Source of the DNA: Octopus sinensis
Taxonomy: Eukaryota
Length of the DNA stretch: 64,000 nucleotides
Assembly (NCBI RefSeq): GCF_006345805.1
Contig: NW_021832576.1
Coordinates: 1 to 64,000 of the forward strand
Reading direction: 5' to 3'
Part shown: positions 12,890-26,275 of the stretch, piece by piece
Layout of the letters: every line of letters starts with the position of its first letter
Numbering within the stretch: the first letter of the stretch is position 1
The notes under the pieces: model-generated
What the model was told of the DNA's origin: nothing
The model's input: the letters and a program-made list of their open reading frames with translations, nothing else
Database searches by the model: none
Program-made: the position numbers and the translations under genes

Positions 12890-14351
12890 TTGGTGGCAGC
12901 AAGAATTTAGGATTCTCGCAGATTACTTTTCTTGCAGGTCGATAATATCCTTCCAATATCCTTCATCATCACATATAACAGGTTAGTGATTGTACCAAAT
13001 AAATTTTCTTAGATTATCATTCATTCAACCAACATCTCAAATATTAACATCTCGGCCATAATGCATATTTCACCCCTTTAACACGACAGGACGTGATATG
13101 CAGCGTATTTAGCTTCTATAGGCAAAATGTATATTGATCACAGAGATGCTACATTGTACGCTGGCTCCCTACGAATAGTTCTCTTTGTTACCGCCGTCAT
13201 ATAAAAGATATATTCGTTAGTTCGTGTCCACAGAGAGTTTTCTTCGTTCACTCATCTTCTTTGTGATTGATCTGCAGCAACAGACAATACGCCATTAGAT
13301 ACTTCAAGCGCCGCTGACTCCACCTTGGAATTATAGTTTATTCAAACACCAATTTTTATACCACGATAAGAACTACAAGCACTGAATTCACCTTTTTATC
13401 GATGCCGATTCTATCTTTGTGAGTATATAACTTCAAAACGTAAAATTATAAAGAAGAGAAAGAAATATAATTCTTGAAATTATAGCAATTGTGCAATCAT
13501 AAAAGATTAATTTACTTCTGAAGTTCTACTAATTACCTTTTATCTGTACCGTTTAGAAAGTATTGTATTTTATTTTTTGTTATACAAGTGACTATTAACT
13601 GTTACAAGTTAGGTGCAATGAAGTTAAAATTCTAACGATGAATAAAATTTATGCAAAAGTTTACTGTGGATATCTACCTCGAATCTCAAGAGAATTTTAT
13701 CAGAAACGAAAACTTATCATTGTTGCTGTTCTTCAATGAACATCAAAACAATTTCCTTGTGACATTTAGTTACGACGCTTTACGTTCAAAGTTCAAATCT
13801 CGTCGAGATCAAGTTTTGCACTTCAACCCAAAGAGTTATCACATTTAGTACCAATCAAGTACTGAGATCTATATACTCCATTAAATACGTCCTTCTCAAA
13901 CAGCTGGCGTTATCAAAATTTTAAATCATCAGTCACATGAACTGGCAGAATGGCCTGTGAGTCAGACAACATGCTTAGTGGTATTTCTTCTGGTATTTTT
14001 TCCTAAGTTCAAATTCCACCGAATTCAATTTTGCCTTTCATACTTTCGGGGTCGATAAAATGGTGATATATGTAGTCGATTGCCATAAAAATGACACTGG
14101 GATACAAATTATTTCTTATTATTGTCATCATTATTATTGTTTTTGTTGTTACTGTTGCTGTTCCTGAGGTGGTGTATTGGTAGAATTGCTAGCACACCGG
14201 AACCGGAGTCAATAAATTAAGTACCAGTTGCGTAATGGGGTCTAACTAATCGACTGGCCCCTTCCTCAAAAATTTCAGGCCTTTTGCCTTATGCCTATAG
14301 TAAAAAGGATTATTATTATTATTATCATTATTATTATTATCATCATCATCA

Positions 14352-14407
<56 letters not shown>

Positions 14408-14410
<3 letters not shown>

Positions 14411-15010
14411 TAGTTTTATTTTTTTAGCGTGCTTTCACTTCACTACCGAGCACAGCTCTGTGTGCCTTGGGTATGTGCTGTGACTTGTTGTGATGCTCTG
14501 ATCGTTATTGTATGGAAAGTGTTCTGCGTAGGATGTGTGCAGTGCCTAGTAGTGCAATTTTCTGTATGTTATATGTGTTTGTAAGTCCTGGTGTTTTTGT
14601 TATGTATTTGTCTGAATATTTTTTTATCATGCCTAATGCACCTACTATGATAGGAATTGTTTCTGTTTTCAGATTCCACATTCTAGTTACCTCTATTCCC
14701 AGGTCTTTGTATTTTGAGAGTTTCTCCATTTCTTTTAGAGACACGTTGTCATCTGCCGGTATTGATACATCAATTAGAAAGTTTTTTTCTTCATGATTTC
14801 TGACAACTATATCTGGTCTGTTGGCCTTAATTTCTCTATCTGTGTGTATCGGCATATCCCAGAGTATGGTTGCTTTCTCGTTTTCTGTGACCTTTTCTGG
14901 TGTGGCCTATACCATCTTTTTCCTGTTGTTATCCATAATGTTGGCATAGCTTCCAATGTATGTAGGTTCCAACTCTGTCATGTCTGTGAATATATTCCTT
15001 CTTAGCCAAG
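14408..15010 (-). mobile_element. 5'-truncated R4/Dong-like RLE LINE, same subfamily as 10584-11031
   Basis: ORF 14505-14855 carries the PD-(D/E)xK-type RLE motifs; its 3' end joins a long (TTA/TCA)n tract at 14310-14407. Confidence 0.85.
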
Positions 15011-15164
15011 ACTGGGCAGCTAGAGATAATATGATTTATTGTTTCTTGTCCATCTCCACATATTCTGCAGTTACTTGTAATATTTCTTTTCATTACATGT
15101 TTTTGGTAATTTCTGGTGGGAGACTTTGGTCTTGTGCTGCAATTAAAAATCCCTCTGTTTCTGC

Positions 15165-15248
<84 letters not shown>

Positions 15249-15249
15249 T

Positions 15250-15412
15250 ATTCTATGTTTGACTTTTGCTTTATATTTGTACAAGTTGGCTCCAAGTCTC
15301 ACCCAGAGACCTCAAGAGACAACAGGTTGGAAGTTCATGTTGTTGTTATGCCTAGTGTGCCATATATTTAGGGGGTGGGGATGTTGTACTAATGAATGTC
15401 TAAAAAAAAAAG

Positions 15413-15443
<31 letters not shown>

Positions 15444-16352
15444 GAAAATTATGGTTATTTTAAACCTTGAGGTTACATAGAGAGTATTTTGCGTAGGATA
15501 TGAGCAGTTCCCATGAGCACTATCTTTTGAACTTCTGCCATTTTTGGGTTTCCTGGTATCTGAGTTAGGTAGCTATCAGCCCCTTTTGCTATCATTCCCA
15601 GGCACCTATGACAACAGGTATTGTTTTAGTCTTCAGCTTCCACATTTTGCTGATTTCTACTTCAAGATCTTTATATTTGCTCAGTTTTTGGTAGGTCCTG
15701 ACAGATACGTTTATATCGATTGGGACAGTCATATCAATGAGGAGGCATGTTCTTTGTTTGAAGTCTTTCAATATGATGTCTGGCCTATTTGCATCTATCT
15801 TCCTGTCAGTTTGAATGGTGAAGTTCCAGAGGAGTGAGATGTGGTCATTTTCAAGCACTGGGGGTGGTTTGTGTTCCCACCAGTTTTTTTCATGGGGCAA
15901 ATCCAGTTTTTTACAGATTACCCAGTGAATAATTGTGCAGCTCTATCGTGCCTGTTGAGATACTCTGTAGGCGCTAGAAGACTGCACTTGGAGACCACAT
16001 GGTCAATGGTTTCATTTTGTTGCTTGCATACACGACACGTTGGACTGCTTCTGATCTTTAATATGTTGGCCTGGTAGTTTCTTGTTGGTAGGCATTGATC
16101 TTGAGCTGCTATGATAAACCCCTCTGTTTCAGATTTTAAGCCAGAGGCCATTAGCCATTGATGGGTCAGGGCTTTGTCGATATCTGCATTATTCGCTCTC
16201 TTTGGGTATTTGCCATAGAGAGGTTTTTCTTGCCATTTATTATTCAGAATATCTAAGGCCGCAGTTTTGGCACGGGTTTTCATGCGCCTAGCTTTTTCTG
16301 TGCTTGTTTCTTGTATGGCTATCTCTAATTCCGAAATTGGTTGTATTCGGAA
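15250..16352 (-). mobile_element. 5'-truncated R4/Dong-like LINE, second subfamily (CCHC knuckle, RLE domain, 3' UTR)
   Basis: ETEGFIIAAQDQCLPTRNYQ...CRVCKQQNETIDHVVSKC (CCHC) followed by TDRKIDANRPDII...IDMTVPIDIN...KLSKYKDLE; TTA tracts at 15165-15250 and 16367-16440. Confidence 0.85.
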
Positions 16353-16368
16353 TTCACTTAGATATTCC

Positions 16369-16439
<71 letters not shown>

Positions 16440-16440
<1 letters not shown>

Positions 16441-16650
16441 GGTGGGGAGCTGGCAGAATGGTTAACAGTTTGGACGGAATGCTTAGTGGTATTTCAACTA
16501 TCGTTACGTTCTGATTTCTTCAAATTCCGAGGTCGACTTTTCCATTCATCTTTTCGGGATCGTTTCATTAGGTACCAGTGAAACACTGCGGTCGATATAA
16601 TCGACTAGTCCTTGCCCCCAACTTTCAGGCCCTGTGCCTTTAATAAAAAG
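16440..16650 (+). mobile_element. SINE family A
   Basis: ggggagctggcagaatggtt...caaattccgaggtcgac...gcggtcgatataatcgact. Other + copies at ~13930, 14165, 28905-29110, 35225-35463, 36785-37005, 55130 and 57795-58005. Confidence 0.75.
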
Positions 16651-17799
16651 GATCATTGTAATTAAATCATTTCTGGTGCACACTTTGGGCTGGAGGGATG
16701 TAGACAGTAAGGAATGAAAGGAAGCCCTTAAATTTTGGTGAAAGTTAATGATACAGGCTTGAATGCCACGTTCTCGAATCACACTGTAATTGCATCCACA
16801 CTACCGCCATTTTATGAATTCTGCTTTTTCTTCCTTTTGTTGCGTGTCGTTATAAATTATTTTTATTATTTTCTATGGCTTAACGTTGTGTCATTGATAT
16901 TTTCGTACTTGCCTGTCTACTACTCTCTTTAAAACATTAATCGTTATTACCACCCTTAGTTTTTCATTCTATTTTTAATGCCGTAGGATATGATAAGAAA
17001 TACATTGGATGGTGACCCAAGTATGCCTTTCACAGCATAGCTGTTACGTTTTTGCATAAATACCTTCGTCGACGCCCTTCTAATGGATCGAGCAGTCATA
17101 TAAGGGTTTGCTCGTTGGTTCGAAGCAGCGTAGATATTTGTAATTCACTCAGCTTGCATGTCATCAGCTGCTGTGCAGAACAGACTATGTATAATTAGGT
17201 ATATATCAACAACTGAGATCTCCCATGGGGATACCTGTCTTATTTAAGCACTGAATATACTTTTGAACTATACCAATAACATGATTACCCTATTATGTTT
17301 ATTCAGTCAAATAGGGGGGAAATAATCATTCTTAAAATCTTAAATTATAAATAACTGTACTGCTGTCATATATGATTCATTTACTTAAGTTCTTCTAATT
17401 AACTTTTATCAGTTTCCGACTGGGAAGATAAAAACTAATTTTCTCTAGAGGTTAATAAGTGCAATAATGTCTAATTTAGAATTTTATGAGTAAATTTATT
17501 CAAAAGATTACTGCGGATATCTCTTTGGTTTTCTCAACGGACATTGTTAAGGACTACAAGAATTTATAGTTGTTGGTGTTGCTCTTTTGTTGTTTCTAGA
17601 TTGGCAGAATCGTTAGAGTGTCGGAATAATTGTTCCGATACTTTTATATGTTCGGATACTTTCCGTTCTGACGTCGAATACCATCGAAATCACATATACT
17701 GTTTTTCAAGGGTCGATAAGTAAATATCAGGAAATGCTGGAGCTGATGTCATTCATTAAGTCTCTCTGCCAAAATTGAATGGCCTTCTACCAAAATTTT

Positions 17800-18180
17800 A
17801 AATAAGTCTCTTTTCTTCTCCTTCTTTCTCTCCTCGTTCTCCTCCTCTTCATGTTCTTCTTCTTCTTCTTCTTCTTCTTCTTCTTCTTCTTCTTCTTTTT
17901 TCTTCTTCGTTCTTCTTTTTTTTCTACGTCTTCTGCTCCTTTCAATTATTCATCTTCTCCTACTTCTTTTCCCCCTCCCTCACCCCAGAAGTAAATTAAG
18001 AACGAAGAAGAAAAAGAAAGAGGATGACGAAGAGGAGTGGTCAAGTGGTGGATGGTGAAGGAATGGACATAATAGAAGAAACAGGAGGAGGAGTATAAGA
18101 AGACGAGGAGGAGGAGGAAGAAGAAGAAGAAGAAGAAAACAAGAACAAGAACAACATCAACAACAACAATGGTCGAGGCT
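17800..18180. repeat. (TCT)n-rich tract followed by (GAA/GGA)n-rich tract
   Basis: Pyrimidine-rich 17800-17985, then purine-rich 17995-18170. Confidence 0.85.
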
Positions 18181-19337
18181 GCAACAACACTTTCAGCCCG
18201 CAGAAGTAAATGCTTTCATATCATCTTCAATCGCAGAACCGAAGAAGGATTATCTACGATCACATAAATTTTCTTTGGTCTTTTGTACTCAGTTAAATAC
18301 TTTACACTTGCAAGACATAAGTAAAGACTTCTCAAAACTTCTCAACCAGTTATTTGCAGATAGTTGGTGATACTGTGGAGATGTGGAGATGGACACACAA
18401 ATAAAATAATTCATAAAAGGAAAAGACAGCTTAAATTTCTTTCTTTACTGAAGAGTTTCGCTTTTAAATCGCTATCAATAACTTCGCTGATAGGGAGATA
18501 TCCTTTCAAATCAGATCCAAATAATTTGTATACGTAACTGCATTTTGATACAATGTGTTGACTACATGCGACGTTTTCATTGAAAGAGATTACTTAAGAC
18601 TACGTATACTGGTTGTATCCAGAGAGAATATTATGGTATTTAGTATAGTTTGGAAAACTTACGGCATGTTAATGATATATTAGACAGAATATTCTAGAAT
18701 TAATGTCGCTTGTTTGTAACAATTAAATTAAGTATATAGTATCTAGGGTAAAAAAACGATTACCATCCATTAGTGTCATATTACGTCAGAGTTTGGAGTG
18801 AAAGAGGAACATGGGAGAAACTACTGAACGAGCTGAGCATGAGAGAGAGAGAGAGAGATGAAGAAAGAATGGGAGAGAGAGTGAGAAAGACAGAAAGACA
18901 GAAAGACAGAAGAATTTGAGAATCCCCTTATATTCTGCTACCTTACATATTGAATGAAAGTTGTTGTATTCAACCACTTTTATCATGTATGTTATATTGC
19001 AGACGTGGACAGTTATATACGCAATGTGATGTGGGAAACTAAGCGTAATATTCGATATAATTAATAATGATTTCTTTCCTGAGGATAAGGAAAACAGTTA
19101 AAGATGTGAAGTGCTGTCGATTGGTTCAAATCCGATATAACAATGGAAACATGTTTAGCGAACCCAAGAGTATAAAAATACTAAAAACATCAGAATTTGA
19201 TCTCGTAAATTCGAAGGATGTAAATGAATGACCGGTAGTACATCGTCTAGTTACTTTAAGCCTCGATCATTTTACTGTTTTATCTTAAAGAGTATACAAC
19301 TTTTTGTGGTTTAACAATTTAGGAGATAACTACATTA

Positions 19338-19589
19338 TAGTCTTGCCCAAAAGTTAGGAGTATTTTTTTCAAAATTAAAATTGTGCCCAAGTATAATTCG
19401 ATTCAAATATAAACAAGCTAGAGATATACTTACCTAATAGGTGATCAAGTGGTTCACAATCTAGAAGAAAAATAAGGAAAATCAAAAATATAGTTGTAGA
19501 CTAAATTGCTTACTTTTAATATTTCTGTGGGCATTTAATATAAAAATTCTAATTTTCAGGCCTATGTTCCGAACTCTTGGCCACGACTG
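19338..19589. mobile_element. Tc1/mariner-type MITE
   Basis: Imperfect TIRs tagtcttgcccaaaagttagga / tccgaactcttggccacgactg (consensus CAGTCGTGGCCAAAAGTT), with TA on both sides. Confidence 0.65.
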
Positions 19590-19758
19590 TATATACAACA
19601 TAAATTAGACACAGTATTAATGGAAACAAGGTGGGATGGCCTGGTCCCGTTTGGAAAAGTTGCTATCATCAATCATTGCTGAAGTAGAGATCATGACTGA
19701 GATTAATGGTTGACAATCTTGGCTGACGTATAGTTAATAAACAGCCGCAATTGTCCAA

Positions 19759-19982
19759 CCCTTTCGACACCAACCCGCCTGAAACTACCTCTGGCTCTGT
19801 AGTACAAATGTCTTGTTTTCATATCTTCTGAATGAAAATTTTCCACCAAACCTAAGTCACAATTTCTGTTCCTAATACAAGCTGAATGATAACTAAGTTA
19901 TTTTATACTAAATTCTTTGTTATATTTAAAATTAATTGACAGGAACACAAAGCATCTCAAAATAAATACAGTAACGAAAGGG
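19759..19982. mobile_element. piggyBac-type MITE
   Basis: Ends ccctttcgacac...gtaacgaaaggg; TTAA on the right, degenerate CCAA on the left. Confidence 0.6.
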
Positions 19983-20760
19983 TTAATTCCACCTTAGACT
20001 CTAAGATGTTTGCCTCAGCGTTCCTACTCTAAAATCGGTTCTGTAGTATTGACTCTGTATCGTTGTAATAACATGAGAATCGGATGTTGTTATACATCGA
20101 TGGTCACGATGAGCATCCTCTCATTGCTGTAACTTTCGAATGAAGCTACACTACTGACTGGGTGGGAAGAGTTATAACGAATAAGTGACCGACAAGAATT
20201 ACAGCATTCTCCTCGATCAGCATGGCAGTCCGTCGATTTACGGCTGAGTGAACAGGAGCAAAGGAAAGTGTTTTGCTGAAGGAAAAAGAACGCATGTCTC
20301 ATTTATCGAATCGAAACTGCGAACTTGCGACAGGCCAAGAGACCTTGTTTTGTACTACAGGGTTAAAACTTGTTCTACCTTTGGTTCAAAATTACATATT
20401 TTGATGGGACTACGGCCTTGTAGATTATCATATCAGCCCGAAAATTTTACTAGTACATTCTTTATCAACTTCAGAAGGATGAAGAACAAAGTATACATGA
20501 CTAGGATTTGAGCAGAGATCGTTAAGTATCGGAACTAGTTACAGTGTGTTGGTTCGCCTGACACTCTGGTAAAAAACACGATCAATATGGGGTATGTATA
20601 TATTGATTTCTAAATCTATTACTAAGAAAATATATATTATAATATTTTATATAGATACACTTAGGACAATTTTCTCTCCAATAAACTTTTACGACTTCAT
20701 GCATTGCAGAACATTTTCTTAATTAAAATCTAATTCCATGGCTTCATTATTTCATATGGT

Positions 20761-20842
<82 letters not shown>

Positions 20843-20849
<7 letters not shown>

Positions 20850-23800
20850 TATTAGAGACAAAACACTTATTTGCAAAACAAACAAGGAAGACTTAATCAT
20901 ACATAAATTTTAATAAATAGTAAAAAAAAACCGCCAACTACAATTGTTTCTTGTCTTGATCGACCAATCTTCAGGTGGACTTCCAATCAAAATATCAATT
21001 TTTAAATATAAAATAATAATTTTAAAATAATTAAAGTATGAATGAAAAAAATATATAATATATCCATATATAGCCTATATATAATCCATATATAATCAAT
21101 ATATAAAATATAAATAATATATAAACTAAAATAACCTATCAACAATTAAATATAAAATATAAAACAAAACACAATAATAATAATAATATAATAGTAAACT
21201 ATATATACACCCAAACACATATACCTATTATATATAACCATATCTAACTACATACACTAAATCACACCCCTATATATTATATCCCTATACATACACATAA
21301 AAACGTCTAGGCAACTATAAATAAATAAAATAGCTAAATACTTCAACACAATACTTATTCATACTCCCACACACACCACACATACAACCCACATTCACGC
21401 TCTAGAAAAACGGACATCACTTAAAATATGAACGGAGAAATGGAATAAATGGAATTAAAAATTATATTCACTTGGTAAAACGAATTCCTTAACAAATTAC
21501 TACGAATTCCTTAAAAACCTACCATGATAAACCCAAACTCATAAAAAAATATAATGATAAAATCTCCCTTTACTAAACTCTATAACAGACCTATAAGCAT
21601 CCCCCTAACCTAAACATTCACACACAATACACACACGTAACCACACACCCACGACATATACAAATACCCACACCACTTACACATACCTATACATACATAT
21701 AAACCTCAACATATACTCCCAAAAACCCACTCAACCCCACACAGATAAATAAACACAAAAAATTATGAATGGATTCTTTTATAAAAATACCATGATAAGC
21801 TAAAACTCACAAAACATAAATGATAAAACTCCCCTTTACTAAACACTATAACATACTTATATAGCATCCCTTTAACCTATACATTCACACACAAATACAC
21901 ACACGTAAACACCACCCCACTCACACACACCCACAAGACATATAAGCCTCAAAATATACACCAAACAAAATTACTTTACAAGGAACTTAACATATGTATA
22001 AAAAGTATAACCGCTCTGGAAACGAACATCTTTTAAATAAGGATGGAGAAATGGAATAAATGGAATTAAAAATAATATTCACGTGGCAAAACGACACCAC
22101 TCAAAAATTATGAAGAAACAATGTAAGAAAACAACCAACATCGAAAATAGACAAATTACCACGAATTCCCTAAAAAAAAACCATGTAAACCAAACTCTAA
22201 AAAACATATAACGATAAAATCTCCCTTTGCTAAATCTATAACAAACCTATATAGCATCCCCCTAACCTAAACATTCACACACAAAAACACCACACGTAAA
22301 ACCACAGACCCACGACTTATACACATACCTATACTAACTTATAAACCTCAATATACACCAAAAACCCACTCCCTCCCCACACAGACAATTAACACATACA
22401 TCCCAAAACCTAAATAACAAACCCATATACACATTCACACACAAACACACACACACGCAAAACACACACACACAACAGATACATATACTCCTCACATATA
22501 CGCATATACATACTCACTAAACTCGATATATACAACAATATTTACCACACCCACACTCTACAGATAAATAAATTATACAAACTAAAAACTCACACACAAT
22601 CTCATATACATAAACACTCCAATAAAAAACAACATTAATACATCGTAATTAACCAGAATATCAAAATAACAATATATGACATAAGGAGAAATAAAATACA
22701 TACTTACAAGTCAGTTTCAATTATGAAGTGAAATTAAATTCTAGCCGTTAAAAACCAAACCAAATTACGTTACCATAGAAATATAACTTATGTAAAAAAA
22801 GAATACGCGCCATGGAAAGTAAACGTCATTTAAAAATTATGAATGGAGAAATAGAATAAATGGAACTAAAAACTATATCCACGTGGCAAACCAACACTAC
22901 TTAAAAAAATTTATTATGAATGGATTCTTTTAATTAAAACTACCATAATAAATTATTATATACAATTATGAGTTTTAGCATATGTTAAGTTCCTTGGTAA
23001 AGTAATTTGTTTGGTGTATATGTTGAGGCTTATATGTACTTGTGGGTGTTGTGTGAGTGGGGGGGGTGTTTGTATTTGTGTTATGGGTGTGTGGTTTACG
23101 TGTGTGTATTTGTGTGTGAATGTAAGGTTAAAGGGATTGCTATAAGTATGTTATAGTGTTTAGAAAGGGAGGTTTTATCATTTTGTTTTGTGAGTTTAGC
23201 TTATCATGGTAGTTTTATAAAAGAATCCATTCATAATTTTGTGTTTATTTGTCTGTGTGGGTTGAGTGGGTTTTTGGAGTATATGTTGAGGTTTTATGTA
23301 TGTATGTATGTGTAAGTGGTGTGGGTATTTGGTATATGTCGTGGGTGTGTTGTGGTTGTGAGGTGTTATTTGTGTGAATGTTTAGGGTAGGGGGATTGCT
23401 ATATAGGTATGTTATAGAGTTTAGTAAAGGGAGATTTTATCATTATAGTTTTTATGAGTTTTGGGTTATCATGGTAGGTTTGTAAGGAATTCTAGTAATT
23501 TGTGTCTATTTGCGATGTCTGTTGTTTTATTGCCTTGTTTCATTCATAATTTTTAAGTAGTGTTCGTTTTACCAAGGAATATAATTTTTAATTCCATTTA
23601 TTCCATTTCTCCGTTCATAATTTTAAGTGATGTCCGTTTTTTAGAGTGTGAATGGGGTTGTATGTGTGTGTGTGTGGGAGTATGAATAAGTATTGTGTTG
23701 AAGTATTAGCTATTTTATTTATTTATAGTGCCTAGACGTTTTTATGTGTATGTATAGGGATATAATATAGTGGTGTGATTTAGTGTATGTAGTTAGATCT

Positions 23801-24275
23801 GGGTATATATAATTGGTATATGTGTTGGGTGTTATATATAGTTTATTATTATATTATTATTATTATTTTGTTTTGTTTAGTATTTTATATTTTATATTTT
23901 ATATTTAATTGTTGATAGGTTTATTTTAGTTTATATATTATTTTATATTATATATTGATATATATGGATTATATATTTATATTTTTTCATTCATACTTTA
24001 ATTATTTTAAATTATTATTTTATATTTTAAAATATTGATATTTTAGATTGGAAGTCCACCTGAAGATTGTCGATCAAGACAAGAAACAATTGTAGTGGCG
24101 GTTTTTTTGACTATTTATTAAAATTTTATGTATTGATAAGTCTTTCTTGTTTGTTTTGCAAAATAGGGGTTTTGTCTCTAATAATATTTTATAATATTTT
24201 ACTATAAAATTGGATTTAATCCTAAATTGATTTTTTCCCTGTAAATTTGGATTTATTCCTAATATTTATTATTAT
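20843..24275. mobile_element. 3.4 kb inverted-repeat PLE-like structure with a hammerhead in each arm
   Basis: 20843-~22000 is the reverse complement of ~22975-24190, with many indels. The spacer holds further degenerate tandem copies of internal units. TA tracts at both ends. Confidence 0.8.
24056..24098 (+). ncRNA. Minimal type-I hammerhead ribozyme, canonical core (mirror copy 20934-20978, minus)
   Basis: CCAC-CTGAAGA-TTGTC(gatcaa)GACAA-GAAA-C(AATT)G-TA-GTGG; palindromic stem III ACAATTGT; GUA cleavage triplet. Confidence 0.8.
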
Positions 24276-24409
24276 TATATTATATATATATATATATATA
24301 TAATAATATATATATATATACGCCACATACGTATTTACATGCATAATATATGTGTGTGTGTATAGTTGTATATATACATATTTCTGTAAGTATGTATATT
24401 AATATATGT

Positions 24410-24660
24410 ATACCAGAACGGAGTACACAACATGGAGTACAATGGACACTTTATTGATTACAACGATCGCTTCGACACATCTTGCATCGCTACCTCGCGG
24501 GGAGAAACTATACACATAACTTCGGCGCAAGAGTTTCACCGTGGGATGAAGTAGAACTACCTATATACTTTTCCACCTGCGAAGGAGCGCTACATGATGT
24601 TTGGAAACGATCGTTGTGATCAATAATGTTACCTGTATATTCCATTTTCCGTCTGTATTG
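24410..24660. repeat. Short imperfect foldback element
   Basis: ttattgattacaacgatcgcttcgacacatc is reverse-complementary to gatgtttggaaacgatcgttgtgatcaataa. Confidence 0.7.
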
Positions 24661-25029
24661 GTTCTCTCATACTCAATTTAGACTGAGAAATTCCTGATAT
24701 AGATCGTGTACATATGTATATATATGTATGTGTGTATGTATGTAGTTATACGCGTTCGTGTGAAATGTCAGTAAAAAGCTTACTCAATACCATGGTAGAG
24801 GTTAATGAATTATTCAAAAATGCTGTATACATGTTTACATATATGGATATATATATATATATGTGTGTGTGCGTGTGTGTGTGTCTGTGTCTGTGTATGT
24901 ATTTTATCTCTGTCTGTCCCACTCTCTCTCTCTATACATACATATATACATACATACATACATACATACATAGGTGCATACATACATATATGTACATATA
25001 TATATATAATATATATAATATATATAATT

Positions 25030-26106
25030 AAGGGATCAGCAAAAGTTGCTTCACCACATACCGAAATTTAGAAATATCAGTCAAAACTACTAATTCTTGT
25101 AATACAATATATGTCCACAGACATATATACACACATATAAACTCAGTGGTTAAAAAATAAATATCAGAATTTGGCAAACAATGTTATATCATCCCCATAT
25201 ATTCACACTGTTGAATATAAATAAATACATATTAAAATACCAGGGCGTTCAGCACACAATACCCGAATGTATATGAATATATAAAAAGGTGTGAAAATCC
25301 TGTGTATGAAAGCCTATCAAGAAAATATGAATGTATATAAAGCAAGGCGATTAAAATTTACAAAAGGAACGAAATAGTTTATATTATTAAAGGTAGAAGG
25401 AATCCAGCATAATGTCCATCGGAAAGTGCAAGGTGGTATTCAAGTCAAGGAATCCAGAATAATCAAACTTGAAGAAGGAATGCACGTCTATGGCCAGAAT
25501 CCATTAACACCTTAGAACATCAAAGCGGTAATGACCCTTCACCAAGATATTTTTTCCTGATGAAGGGGCCATTACCGGGTTGGTATTTTAAAGTGTTAAT
25601 GGATTGTGGCAGCGGTTCCTGAAACGGTCGTTGACTTGAATTCTTCCTTACAATTTATGATGGACATTATTCTGGATTCCTTGAATTGAATTCCTCCTAG
25701 CACTTTACGATGGACAATGTTCTGGATTCCTTCTACCTTTAATAGTTTAACTTTCTTATTCTTATTTCAAATTTGTACTCGCCTTGCTATATATACATTC
25801 ATACTCTCTTTATAGATTTTCGTCATACGCATCATTCCTTACGGTTTTATTCACCCGTTTTTATATGTATATATATATTTGTGATGAACGCGCTGATATT
25901 TTAATATATATTTATTTATGTTCAACAGTGTGAATATATGGGGATCATATAAAGTTGTTTGCCTAATTCTGATGTTTATTTTGTAATCACTGAGTTTGTC
26001 TTTTGCCTTCTTTGTTTTTAGTTGAGCACTTCTATTTGCAGCCCTATACTTATTTTATTTTTTTATTCCTATAAGGAGAATCGAAATATTAAATTTGTAT
26101 ATATAT

Positions 26107-26156
<50 letters not shown>

Positions 26157-26275
26157 GTGTGTGTATTACTGGGATATGTCGTATGTGGAGTCTATTCCTA
26201 GAAAATAGAAATAAACAGTCTTTGACTGCTATTTCTAATTTTTTCGGTATGTGGCTAAGCAACCTGTTGCCTACC
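25030..26275. repeat. 1.25 kb diverged foldback element, centre ~25548
   Basis: Colinear inverted arms, e.g. aaggtagaaggaatccagcataatgtccatcg / cgatggacaatgttctggattccttctacctt and ccacataccgaaatttagaaat / atttctaattttttcggtatgtgg. The right arm is split by a TA tract. Confidence 0.8.
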
